A DNA stretch of 64,000 nucleotides from Kiloniellaceae bacterium (lineage in GTDB: Bacteria; Pseudomonadota; Alphaproteobacteria; Kiloniellales; J153), in contig JAJFGJ010000016.1 in NCBI GenBank assembly GCA_021776175.1, forward strand, positions 10,107 to 74,106. The letters run 5' to 3'. Shown here in pieces: positions 44,969 to 54,224 of the stretch. Every line of letters starts with the position of its first letter. Within the stretch, counting starts at the first letter, position 1. The position numbers were made by a program, and so were the translations under genes. Under the pieces are notes generated by a model. It saw nothing but the letters and a program-made list of their open reading frames with translations, was not told the DNA's origin and searched no databases.

Positions 44969-47035
44969 CTACTCGCTCAAGAACCACTGCTGCGGCCGAT
45001 AGGGATAAGTCCTGTAGTACTCGTAGGACGCCGTCTTGAAGACCGAGAAGTTCTTCAAGGCATTCCGGTGATAGATTGGCGCCGGCGCCAGAACCGTTCC
45101 GATGAACAGCAAGTTGCCGGTGATGTTCTTCACCATGCGAGCACCGAGAGCGGCAGATTCCGGAGTGCCGGCCGGCGTCGACTGGAACGCCTTGATGTCG
45201 TCGATGATCTGATAGACATAATCCGGCGGCTTAATCCCGCTGGCGCCCTTGCTGTCAATATACTCGGCCCACAACATGCCGTTGCGAACGCCGAAGTAGT
45301 TCTCGAACGGCGGCAGGAACAGCTCGTCGTTACCGAGAATGAGAGCCAGGGGTTGGCCTTTTCTCCACATCATCACGTCGAGCTGATTAGCCGACTGAGC
45401 GGAGCGGAATTCGTCGGGCGTGACTTCCTTGGCGGTCGTCTCGATACCGACATTAGTCCAGTGCTGAGCGACAAGTTCGACAACCTCTGTGGCCATGCCC
45501 TGTGTGGCGAACTGCAGATTGATCACCAGCTTCTTGCCATTGGGCAGGTCACGCGCGCCGTCGCCGTTCTTGTCAACAACGCCAATCTCGTCCAGCAGCT
45601 TCTTAGCCAGATCGGGATCGTACTGGGCGAAATACTGCTTCATATCGTCGGAAACGAAGGCCGGTGGCGGGCTGAAGGGCACATATTGCTGGCTCTTGCC
45701 AAGACCGAAGAAGGCGACCTCGTTGATCTCACCGCGATTGATGGCGACCGACATGGCCTGACGGAATTTCAGATTGCCAAAGACCGCCCGCTTATCGGGA
45801 TCGGCATGGGTTACGTTGATTCCGTAAGCCGGCAAGGCGATCTCCGGCCGCAAGTCGACCGCGAATTTACCCTTTTCGGCATTGTCGAGCAGAACCGGCG
45901 TCATGGGCAAAGCCAAGGACTGGAGCTTGTAGTCGATCTCGCCGTTGATCATCTTCAAGATCCTGACCTCATTGTCGTTGGCCATGGTCTCGTCTTGCTC
46001 GTTGATATAGGGCAATTGATTGCCCGCCGTATCGACCATGTGGAAATAAGGGTTGGCCACATAGTGCCGGCCCTCGGTCGATTCAGCGATGGTGACGAAA
46101 GATTCCAGCGACGGCATCACGGCTGCCGGTAAATTACCGATCTTGTCCGGCACGCGAAGTAGCGGAGTCGGCGTGTCGGTCCAATCGGACTGGCCGTAGT
46201 AAAGGTTCACGACCTCATAGCCGTTCTCGAAGCCCGCGGCCTTCGCCAGCTTGTCCGCATCCGGATTGATCGCCGGATGGAACTGGCCGAGGAACTTCTT
46301 CGACTGGAAGCCCTGACCGTAATGAGAGGCGAAATGGGCCAGCAGACCTGGCTTGGGTGCCGGCAGGTTGAAGCGCACGGTTTGATCGTCGATGACATCG
46401 ACGGTCATGGGCTTACCGCCAACCAGCACATAGTCCTTCGGCTTGGCGATGACATTGGTGTCCATGTTCAGGTTGTCGTACCAGAACTTAACGTCCGCCG
46501 CCGTGAAGGGATCGCCGTTCGACCATTTATGGCCTTTGCGCAGGAAGAAGGTCAGCTGGGTAAAGTCGGCATTCCATGCCCAGTCCTTGGCGATATTGGG
46601 CACGATGGTGACCAAATCGTCGGAGAAGCGCACCAGATTGACGTGGCGCACGGACAGGAGGTCCGAGGTGCCGGCTTCCAAGGCGTTGGAAATCATATTA
46701 AACGTGCCGCCGTAGGAACCGATCGAGTCATAAGGCGCGACCACCAAGGGCTCAGCCGGCAAGCGGTCGGCCAAGGACGGCAAGGCGGGGTTTCCCACGA
46801 TTTTACCGTTCAGCGCGCCGATCGCGGGATTTTCCGAAAACGACAGCTTGCAGTTCGCCGCCTTCTCGAATTCCGACAGCTCGAACTGCTGCGGATACTT
46901 GCCCGAGATACCCTTGTCCTTGGCCACGGTGATGGCCGGACAGGCAGCGGCCAGCGCTTCGCTCGCGCTGCCTGCTTGCAGTAGCACGAGCGCAAGCCCG
47001 GCAAGGGATACCAGTCCCAATTTCTTATACGTCAT
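44969..47035 (-). CDS. ABC transporter substrate-binding protein, family 5, unusually large (688 aa)
   Basis: Signal peptide MTYKKLGLVSLAGLALVLLQAGSASEALA and a GGAGG Shine-Dalgarno. First gene of a 5-gene Opp-type operon. Confidence 0.85.
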   Translation of the reverse strand: MTYKKLGLVSLAGLALVLLQAGSASEALAAACPAITVAKDKGISGKYPQQFELSEFEKAANCKLSFSENPAIGALNGKIVGNPALPSLADRLPAEPLVVAPYDSIGSYGGTFNMISNALEAGTSDLLSVRHVNLVRFSDDLVTIVPNIAKDWAWNADFTQLTFFLRKGHKWSNGDPFTAADVKFWYDNLNMDTNVIAKPKDYVLVGGKPMTVDVIDDQTVRFNLPAPKPGLLAHFASHYGQGFQSKKFLGQFHPAINPDADKLAKAAGFENGYEVVNLYYGQSDWTDTPTPLLRVPDKIGNLPAAVMPSLESFVTIAESTEGRHYVANPYFHMVDTAGNQLPYINEQDETMANDNEVRILKMINGEIDYKLQSLALPMTPVLLDNAEKGKFAVDLRPEIALPAYGINVTHADPDKRAVFGNLKFRQAMSVAINRGEINEVAFFGLGKSQQYVPFSPPPAFVSDDMKQYFAQYDPDLAKKLLDEIGVVDKNGDGARDLPNGKKLVINLQFATQGMATEVVELVAQHWTNVGIETTAKEVTPDEFRSAQSANQLDVMMWRKGQPLALILGNDELFLPPFENYFGVRNGMLWAEYIDSKGASGIKPPDYVYQIIDDIKAFQSTPAGTPESAALGARMVKNITGNLLFIGTVLAPAPIYHRNALKNFSVFKTASYEYYRTYPYRPQQWFLSE

Positions 47036-47630
47036 TATCTCCCAGCCTCCTGTTCATTAATTTTGGTTCGTTGTTGCTATTGCTATGTTTCTATTACTAT
47101 AGAGTCGCGAACTCCGCGTCACCCCCTTTGGCGGCACGCCGCCCTCATGCCAATCCGGCGCCCGCCGTGGGCGACGCCAGCGGAGATCATCCAAACCTGG
47201 GACCATAGGACAATTGAGTCCTTCGTCTCCCTTGCAAGATATTTTCCGTACGATCCCGCCCTGTCAAGAACACATTAATCACGTTCCCGCGCCACGGCGG
47301 ACTGTTAGGAGCTCTACGTATTCTCACCGGGGCGCCGGTGTGCCCGCGCGTACTACGAACTCTGAATTACCCCAGAAACGGGCGGCATTGTCAAAGTAAA
47401 TGGCACTAATACATAGATAAATACCGCCAATCACTCTCACTAACCTATAGTGCGCGGCCGTACCGCGACGCCATAAAAGGTAAATTCACGAGAGCGGCCA
47501 AGACGAAGCATGTTGACCTCGACATTGCTTTAAGTAGAGGTGGGATTCATGCGCACAGAACGAATGCGGGGCGATTTCGGCGCCAGGCACAACCCCGCGA
47601 AGAGCCGGGCCCCAAACGCGGCGCCCGCGC

Positions 47631-48899
47631 CTAGTCGTAGCCGCGGGCGTCTTCGATAACCTTACCGTCGTTGGCGAGGTCGCCCAGGTTGTGGAGTTCG
47701 ACCGCGCCTTTCATTTTGGTCACGTCGTGCAGACTGCGGGCCAGGGCCTCGGCCAACTCCTCCTCCTGCGACAAGGCGCTATGCGGACCGACCTCGCAGT
47801 GCAGGGTCATGGTATCTTTCTCGCCCGAGCGCGCGACCACCAGGCGGGCCTTGGCGACCTCGGGGTGGCGTTTGATCGCGGCGGCGATCTGCGCCGGATG
47901 GACGAACATGCCCTTGACCTTGGTTGACTGATCGGCCCGGCCCAACCAGCCCTTGAGCCGCCCGTTGGTGCGTCCGCAAGGGCTTGAACCCGGCATCGAG
48001 GCCGAAAGATCGCCGGTCGCGAAGCGGATCAAGGGCGTCTCGCGGTTGAAAGAAGTGACCACCAGTTCACCGACCTCGCCCTCGGGCACGGGATCGCCGG
48101 TGCCAGGGCGAACGATCTCGACGATCAGGCCCTCGTTGATAATTAGGCCCTGATCGGCGGCCGATTCATAGGCGATAACGCCCAGATCGCCGGTCGCGTA
48201 GGCTTGCAGGACCGCGATGCCGCGTTCGGCGTAGTCCGCCCTTTGGCTTGGAAACAAGGCGCCGCCGGAAACCAGGGCCTTGGCGATACTTGAACAATCG
48301 AGGCCGAGCTCATCGCCCTTGTCGAGCAGGGTTTTTAGGAAGTCCGGCGTGCCGGTATAGCCGGCCGGACGTAGCTGCGCGATCGCCTGTACTTGGTTTT
48401 CGGTATTGCCGACACCGGCCGCCACCACGGCGCAGCCAAGCGCGCGCAAGCCCCCATCGAGGATCCAGCCCCCCGGCGCGAGGTGATAGGAAAAGCTGTT
48501 GTGGGCGATATCGCCGCGCCGGAACCCGGCGGCATGGAGGGCGCGCGCGCAGGCCCAGTAATCTGCGCGTGGCGCCTCCAACTCGTAGATCGGCCCAGGC
48601 GACGCGAAAATGCGCGCGGCCGCGCCCGGAGCAATGGCATCGAAGCCGCCGAGCGGCGGGGTATCGGTCTGCAGGCCGGTTAGATCCGATTTGCGGATCA
48701 GCGGCAGGCGGGCCAAGGCATCGCGATCGATAACCGTGGCGGGATCTATCTCCGCCAAGATACCGGCATAGGCTGGTGCCTTGGCCTTTGCATGGGCGAC
48801 GTGGTCCGGCAAGGCGGCCATGAGCGCGGCCTCGCGGCGCGCCGGGTTCTGGATTTCCAGGTCGTCGAAATGTTGTTGGGGCGCGGCCACGGCGGTCAC
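47631..48899 (-). CDS. phenylacetate-CoA ligase (PaaK) family protein
   Basis: 422-aa ORF with a GTGA overlap with the upstream stop. It has an adenylate-forming core without the long N-domain of FadD-type enzymes, and the C-terminal ACT-like block VKARLVVAR...MTLHCEV seen in PaaK-like proteins of Liv-type clusters. Confidence 0.75.
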   Translation of the reverse strand: MTAVAAPQQHFDDLEIQNPARREAALMAALPDHVAHAKAKAPAYAGILAEIDPATVIDRDALARLPLIRKSDLTGLQTDTPPLGGFDAIAPGAAARIFASPGPIYELEAPRADYWACARALHAAGFRRGDIAHNSFSYHLAPGGWILDGGLRALGCAVVAAGVGNTENQVQAIAQLRPAGYTGTPDFLKTLLDKGDELGLDCSSIAKALVSGGALFPSQRADYAERGIAVLQAYATGDLGVIAYESAADQGLIINEGLIVEIVRPGTGDPVPEGEVGELVVTSFNRETPLIRFATGDLSASMPGSSPCGRTNGRLKGWLGRADQSTKVKGMFVHPAQIAAAIKRHPEVAKARLVVARSGEKDTMTLHCEVGPHSALSQEEELAEALARSLHDVTKMKGAVELHNLGDLANDGKVIEDARGYD

Positions 48900-49750
48900 G
48901 CCAGCCAGCGCTTACGCCGCTTGTAGTGCTTCACGTCGCGATAGCTGCGCCGGCCCGTGGCCGAGAGGCCGAGATAGAATTCCTTGATATCCTCGTTCTG
49001 CCGCAGCGCCTCGGCCTCGCCGTCCAGCACCACCCGCCCATTTTCCAGGATGTAGCCGTACTTGGCATAGCGCAGCGCGACATTGGTGTTCTGCTCGGCC
49101 AGGAGGAAGGACACGCCTTCCTTCTCGTTCAGGCTCTTGACCGTCTCGAAGATGGTCTCGACCAATTGCGGCGCCAAGCCCATTGAAGGCTCGTCCAGGA
49201 GAATCATTTTCGGCTGGCTCATCAGCGCCCGGCCGATCGCGCACATCTGCTGCTCGCCGCCCGAGGTGTATCCGGCCTGGCTTGTCCGCCGTTCCTTCAG
49301 GCGCGGAAAATACTCATAGACCATCTCGAGAGCCTTCTGGATCTCACCCCGCCCGTCACGGCGCGTATAGGCGCCGGTCAGCAGATTTTCCTCGATGGTC
49401 AAATGCTCGAAACAATGGCGCCCTTCCATAACCTGGATGACGCCACGCTTAACCAGATCGTTCGGAGTCAGGCGGTCTATGGAAGTGCCCTCGAATTCTA
49501 TCGAGCCCTTGGTGACATCGCCACGTTCGGCGCGCAGCAGGTTGGAAACCGCCTTGAGTGTCGTGGTCTTGCCAGCCCCGTTGGCCCCGAGGAGGGCGAC
49601 GATGCCCCCCTCGGGAACCGCAAGGGAAACCCCTTTTAGAACCAGGATCACGTGGTCGTAGATGACCTCGATGTTATTGACCCGAAGGATCGGCGGCCGG
49701 TTGTCCTCGGCCGCCGCTTGGCCGCGGCTTATAGTCGTAGTATCGCTCAC
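48896..49750 (-). CDS. ABC transporter ATP-binding protein (LivF-like, basic C-terminal tail)
   Basis: Track ORF trimmed to the GTG at 49750, behind a GGAG Shine-Dalgarno. Walker A GANGAGKTT, signature TSGGEQQM. Confidence 0.85.
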   Translation of the reverse strand: MSDTTTISRGQAAAEDNRPPILRVNNIEVIYDHVILVLKGVSLAVPEGGIVALLGANGAGKTTTLKAVSNLLRAERGDVTKGSIEFEGTSIDRLTPNDLVKRGVIQVMEGRHCFEHLTIEENLLTGAYTRRDGRGEIQKALEMVYEYFPRLKERRTSQAGYTSGGEQQMCAIGRALMSQPKMILLDEPSMGLAPQLVETIFETVKSLNEKEGVSFLLAEQNTNVALRYAKYGYILENGRVVLDGEAEALRQNEDIKEFYLGLSATGRRSYRDVKHYKRRKRWLA

Positions 49751-49796
49751 CGCTCCAATCCCATCCTTCTCGCGATCCCGTTTTCTTTTGGGTCGT

Positions 49797-51116
49797 CTAG
49801 TTGCAGGTCCGCGGAGTGATCTTGTTTTCCGCGGCGTAGTTCGCGGCCGCCGTCTCAACCATCGGACGCACCACGTCACGAAGGGTTGGGATCCAGTCGC
49901 TGACGATGCTCCACTTCGCGCCGTCCCACTGCTGGATCACGATCGGCCCGCCGGTCTCGTGATCGATGCAGCTCACCTTCACGGCACGGGTGAAGCCTTC
50001 CATGCCCAGATCCTTCAGGCGCGCCTCGGTGATGTTCAAGTTCTCCAAGCCCCAGCGAACCTGTTTCCCGGTCATGGCCTTGTTGCCGAACTTACCTTGC
50101 GCGGTGCGAATCGCCTCGACCCCGAACATGGCGTTGACGACGGCGCGGTTATAGAGCACCTCGCCGACGTTGTTGGCCTTGGCCTTGGACTCGTCGCCGC
50201 CATAGACATGCTTCACGATGTCCTTGTGCACTTGCCAAGCGGCTCCCGGGCCGTGGAACGTCGCCGACTTGTAGCCGACCGCGCCCTTGCCTGCCGGGAT
50301 CACGTCCGCATCGGAACCGGACCACCAGTTACCGACGAAGTTATCCATCTTGAAGTTGATGGAGGCGGCTTCCTTAATCGCCACCTGATTCATCACGCCC
50401 CAGCCGGACATGAAAACCCAATCGGGCTTCAATCGCCGGATCTGCAACCAAGTCGCTTTCTGCTCTTGACCCGGGTGATCGACCGCCAGCAAGGTCAGCT
50501 TGTAGCCGAACTTCTTGGCCAAGGCTTCCAGCGTCGGATTGGCTTCCTTGCCGTAGGCGCTGTTGTGGTGAACGTGGGCGATCTTCATGCCCTTGAGCTT
50601 TTCGAAGCCGCCTTCCTGCTGGGCGACATAGTTGATGAAGGCCGAAGCCTGGCTCCAATAGGTGGTCGGGAAGTTGAACACCCACTCGAACACCCGGCCG
50701 TCCGCCGCCGCGGTACGCCCGTATCCCATGGAAAGAATCGGTACCTCGTCCACCGCGGCCTTGGGAATGAGTTGGTATGTGATGCCGGTGCTGTAGGGAT
50801 TGAACAGCGAGGCACCGGTCGAGCCGTTGTTCTTCAGCTTCTCGTAGCACTCGACACCGAGCTTGGTGTTGTACTCGGTCTCGCACTCCTCGAAGGAGAT
50901 CTTGACGCCGTTGATACCGCCGTCGCGATTGTTGATAAGGGTGTAGTAGTCGCGAAAGCCATTCGCCACCGGAATGCCGCTGGGCGCATAAGGCCCGGTG
51001 CGGTAAACAAGCATGGGAAAGAACTGGTCGCCTTGCGCGAGAGCCGGGCTCGCCGCCACGGCACTCAGGCCTGTCGCGCCGGCGATGCCGGCCAGGATCA
51101 GAGTTTTCAATTTCAT
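49797..51116 (-). CDS. Liv-type ABC substrate-binding protein
   Basis: 439-aa ORF with the signal peptide MKLKTLILAGIAGATGLSAVAASPALA and a GGGAGG Shine-Dalgarno. Confidence 0.85.
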   Translation of the reverse strand: MKLKTLILAGIAGATGLSAVAASPALAQGDQFFPMLVYRTGPYAPSGIPVANGFRDYYTLINNRDGGINGVKISFEECETEYNTKLGVECYEKLKNNGSTGASLFNPYSTGITYQLIPKAAVDEVPILSMGYGRTAAADGRVFEWVFNFPTTYWSQASAFINYVAQQEGGFEKLKGMKIAHVHHNSAYGKEANPTLEALAKKFGYKLTLLAVDHPGQEQKATWLQIRRLKPDWVFMSGWGVMNQVAIKEAASINFKMDNFVGNWWSGSDADVIPAGKGAVGYKSATFHGPGAAWQVHKDIVKHVYGGDESKAKANNVGEVLYNRAVVNAMFGVEAIRTAQGKFGNKAMTGKQVRWGLENLNITEARLKDLGMEGFTRAVKVSCIDHETGGPIVIQQWDGAKWSIVSDWIPTLRDVVRPMVETAAANYAAENKITPRTCN

Positions 51117-51135
51117 TTCAACCTCCCTATTAGCC

Positions 51136-51222
51136 TATTGAACGTCTAGTTTATTGAGCGTCTAACCTATTGAGCATTATCGATTTCACTTTACTGTGAA
51201 AGCTTCACTTTACGCTGAAAGC
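51136..51222. repeat. Two sets of tandem repeats just upstream of the binding-protein gene
   Basis: TATTGA(A/G)CGTCTA lies at 51136-51148 and 51152-51164, and TATTGAGCATTA at 51168-51179 (16-bp period). These are followed by two adjacent 19-mers, TTCACTTTACTGTGAAAGC (51185-51203) and TTCACTTTACGCTGAAAGC (51204-51222), which are 17/19 identical. Confidence 0.85.
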
Positions 51223-51372
51223 GTGCCGCCGAGCGCGATTATAACATGCGGCCCCAAAGGCCCGCAAATGAGGGCCGGCCAGCGCGGCACCCGCTCGATT
51301 CCCCTCCCTTGCGTCCGTACTCCCCCTTATTGGTTTGCCCAAGTCGATTCGCTCACGGCTCACTGACGGCCG

Positions 51373-52449
51373 TCAATACGGGAACGGCCACAGGCGCAGC
51401 TTTTCCTTGGCGATTTGCCAAAGGCGCGCCAAGCCGTGCGGTTCCACGATCAGGAAAAAGACGATGAGCGAGCCGAAGAGCATGATTTCGATATGCTTTT
51501 GAAGATCGATCGGCAGGTCGATCCCGAACATCGGCGGTGCGTTGGTCAAGATAATGGGGGTGATGATAACAAAAGCGGCCCCCAGGAACGAGCCGAGGAT
51601 GCTGCCCAACCCGCCTATGATAACCATGAAGAGCACCAGGAAGGATTGATTAATGTCGAAGGCCTCGGTCTCGGCGCTGCCCAGCCACAGAAAGACCATC
51701 ATGGCCCCGGCCACGCCGCAGTAGAACGAACTGATGGTGAAGGCCATTAACTTGGTTCGAATCGGCTGGATACCGATAATCTCCGCCGCGATATCCATAT
51801 CGCGGATCGCCATCCACGAGCGGCCAACCCGGCCCCGGACCAGGTTTTTCGCCATCATGGCGAAGACGGCGACGATACAAAGCACGACCAGATAACGCAC
51901 CTCGGCACTTGCCGTCGGCCCGGTGATCGTGATGCCGAACAACTCGCGCGGCGGCGCGGTGATCGTCCCCGAGGGATTATAGTTGTAGAACCAACCCACC
52001 TTATTGAAGGTCCAACCGAGAAAAAACTGCGCCGCCAGGGTCGCGACCGCCAGATAGAAGCCCTTGATTCGCAGGGACGGGAGCCCGAATACAAACCCAA
52101 CCAGCGCCGCGCACAGCCCGGCAAAGACGAAAACGATCAAGATATTCACGTCGGGAAAGGTCGTGGTCAACTTGTAGGTCATGTAGCCGCCAACCATCAT
52201 GAACCCGCCGGTGCCGAGCGATACCTGGCCGCAATAGCCGGTCAGCAGGTTCAATCCGATCGCCGCCAAGGCGAAGATCAAGAACGGAATCAGAACCGCT
52301 TGCAGCATGTACTCGCTGGCGACAAGCGGCACCCCCACAAACGCGATCGCGACCATGGCGGCCACGCCCCAGCGGTCTTGGACGATGGGAAAAACGGTCT
52401 GATCGGCGGCATAACTCGTCTTGAACTGGCCGGCTTCGCGATAGAACAT
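51373..52449 (-). CDS. branched-chain-amino-acid-type ABC permease (LivM-like)
   Basis: Track ORF trimmed to the ATG at 52449 (MFYREAGQFKTSYAADQ...). Polytopic. Confidence 0.85.
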   Translation of the reverse strand: MFYREAGQFKTSYAADQTVFPIVQDRWGVAAMVAIAFVGVPLVASEYMLQAVLIPFLIFALAAIGLNLLTGYCGQVSLGTGGFMMVGGYMTYKLTTTFPDVNILIVFVFAGLCAALVGFVFGLPSLRIKGFYLAVATLAAQFFLGWTFNKVGWFYNYNPSGTITAPPRELFGITITGPTASAEVRYLVVLCIVAVFAMMAKNLVRGRVGRSWMAIRDMDIAAEIIGIQPIRTKLMAFTISSFYCGVAGAMMVFLWLGSAETEAFDINQSFLVLFMVIIGGLGSILGSFLGAAFVIITPIILTNAPPMFGIDLPIDLQKHIEIMLFGSLIVFFLIVEPHGLARLWQIAKEKLRLWPFPY

Positions 52450-52453
52450 ATCC

Positions 52454-53383
52454 TCACACCCTCTCGATGATACGTTCGCCGAACAGTCCCTGCGGCCGGA
52501 ACAGCAGGAACACGAGCGCCAGCACATAGGCGAACCAGTTTTCGATCGCGCCACCGAACAAGGGACCCCAATAGATCTCCGCGACCTTCTCGCCGACCCC
52601 GATGATGAGTCCCCCGACGATCGCGCCCGGCACCGAAGTGAACCCACCCAGAATCAGCACCGGCAAGGCCTTCAAGGCAATCAGCGACAGGCTGAACTGA
52701 ACCCCGCTTTTCGCGCCCCACATGATCCCCGCGACCAGCCCGACCATGCCGGCCACCGCCCACACGATGACCCAGATGGTCTTGAGCGGGATGCCCACCG
52801 AAAGCGCCGCCTGGTGATCGTCGGCAACCGCGCGCAGGGCCCGGCCGATGCGCGTGTAATGGAAGAAGACCGCGAGCACCGCGACCAGAACCGCGCCCGA
52901 GGCCGCGGCGAATAAATCGAATTCGTTGAGCAGTATGCCCGAAACCTCGAACGAAGCGTCGGGTATGCCGATGTCCAGCGCCTTGACGTTGCTGCCCCAC
53001 ATGGTTTCGCCCAGGCCTTGGAGCACAAAGCTAAGACCGATCGTCGCCATGAACAGGATGATGCCCTCTTGGTTGACCAGGCGCCGAAGCATGAACCACT
53101 CGATGCCATAAGCCAGCACCACCATGATGACCACGGTCAAGATTAGCGCGAGCCATGTGGGCACCCCGTGCTCCATCAGGCCAACCAGGGTGAGCGCCGC
53201 GAACAGCACCATGACCCCTTGCGCGAAGTTGAAAACACCGGAAGCCTTGAATATGAGCACGAAACCCAAGGCAACCAGGGAATACATGACCCCGGTCAAG
53301 AGCCCGACGATCACGACCTCGGCGAAAAAGACCGGTGAATCGGCCATGTCCAGGAAGGGCGCGATCAGAACGTCATACAACAT
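52454..53383 (-). CDS. branched-chain-amino-acid-type ABC permease (LivH-like)
   Basis: 309-aa polytopic ORF. Confidence 0.85.
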   Translation of the reverse strand: MLYDVLIAPFLDMADSPVFFAEVVIVGLLTGVMYSLVALGFVLIFKASGVFNFAQGVMVLFAALTLVGLMEHGVPTWLALILTVVIMVVLAYGIEWFMLRRLVNQEGIILFMATIGLSFVLQGLGETMWGSNVKALDIGIPDASFEVSGILLNEFDLFAAASGAVLVAVLAVFFHYTRIGRALRAVADDHQAALSVGIPLKTIWVIVWAVAGMVGLVAGIMWGAKSGVQFSLSLIALKALPVLILGGFTSVPGAIVGGLIIGVGEKVAEIYWGPLFGGAIENWFAYVLALVFLLFRPQGLFGERIIERV

Positions 53384-53418
53384 GGCGTGGAATTCCTCGG
53401 TTCCGGCGTGCCCGATGC

Positions 53419-54213
53419 CTATTCATGGCTGACGCCCAGATAGGCATCTATAACCTCGCCATTGGCGCGCACCGCGTCTGGCGAGCCGTCGGCGATCTTG
53501 CGTCCATAATCCAGCACCACGACGCGGTCGGAGATATCCATGACCACGCCCATGTCGTGTTCAATCAGCGCGATGGTGGTGCCGAATTCGTCGTTCACGT
53601 CCAGGATGAAGCGGCACATGTCTTCCTTTTCCTCGACGTTCATGCCGGCCATGGGCTCGTCCAGAAGCAGTAACCGCGGCTCCGCCGCCAAGGCCCGGCC
53701 CAGCTCGACCCGTTTTTGCAGGCCATAGGGCAGTTTGCCGACCGGCGTCTTGCGGATCGCCTGGATTTCCAGGAAGTCGATGACTTTCTCGCAAAATTCG
53801 CGGTTTTCGATTTCCTCCTTGAGCGCGGGGCCCCAGTAGAGCGCTTGCCACAGAAAACTGCGCTTCATCTTCAGCATGCGCCCGGTCATGATGTTGTCGA
53901 GGGTGCTCATGCCCTTGAACAGGGCGATGTTCTGAAACGTCCGCGCGATGCCCTGCTCGGCCGCGACGTGCGGGCGCATCCGCTTGCGCTCGCGCCCCTC
54001 GAAGGCGATCGTGCCTTTTTGCGGATGATAAAAGCCGTTGATCACATTCAGCATCGAACTCTTGCCGGCGCCATTGGGGCCGATAATCGCCAGAATCTCA
54101 TGCTCCTTGATCTCGAAGCTGACGCCGTTGAGCGCATGCACGCCGCCAAAAGACAGGGTGATGTCATCGACCCGCAACAGGGTGTTTCCGATTTTCCTGG
54201 TATTTTCTGTCAT
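53419..54213 (-). CDS. ABC transporter ATP-binding protein (LivG-like)
   Basis: Walker A GPNGAGKSS, signature LPYGLQKRVE, Walker B LLLLDEP. Confidence 0.9.
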   Translation of the reverse strand: MTENTRKIGNTLLRVDDITLSFGGVHALNGVSFEIKEHEILAIIGPNGAGKSSMLNVINGFYHPQKGTIAFEGRERKRMRPHVAAEQGIARTFQNIALFKGMSTLDNIMTGRMLKMKRSFLWQALYWGPALKEEIENREFCEKVIDFLEIQAIRKTPVGKLPYGLQKRVELGRALAAEPRLLLLDEPMAGMNVEEKEDMCRFILDVNDEFGTTIALIEHDMGVVMDISDRVVVLDYGRKIADGSPDAVRANGEVIDAYLGVSHE

Positions 54214-54224
54214 GGGGTTTTGGC

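Noticed and set aside
47063-47399. Two forward ORFs (71 and 61 aa) in the long intergenic gap
   Set aside because: They have no ribosome-binding site and odd composition (C/Y/W/R-rich). They overlap each other in different frames and sit in an AT-rich region where stop-free frames are short by chance.
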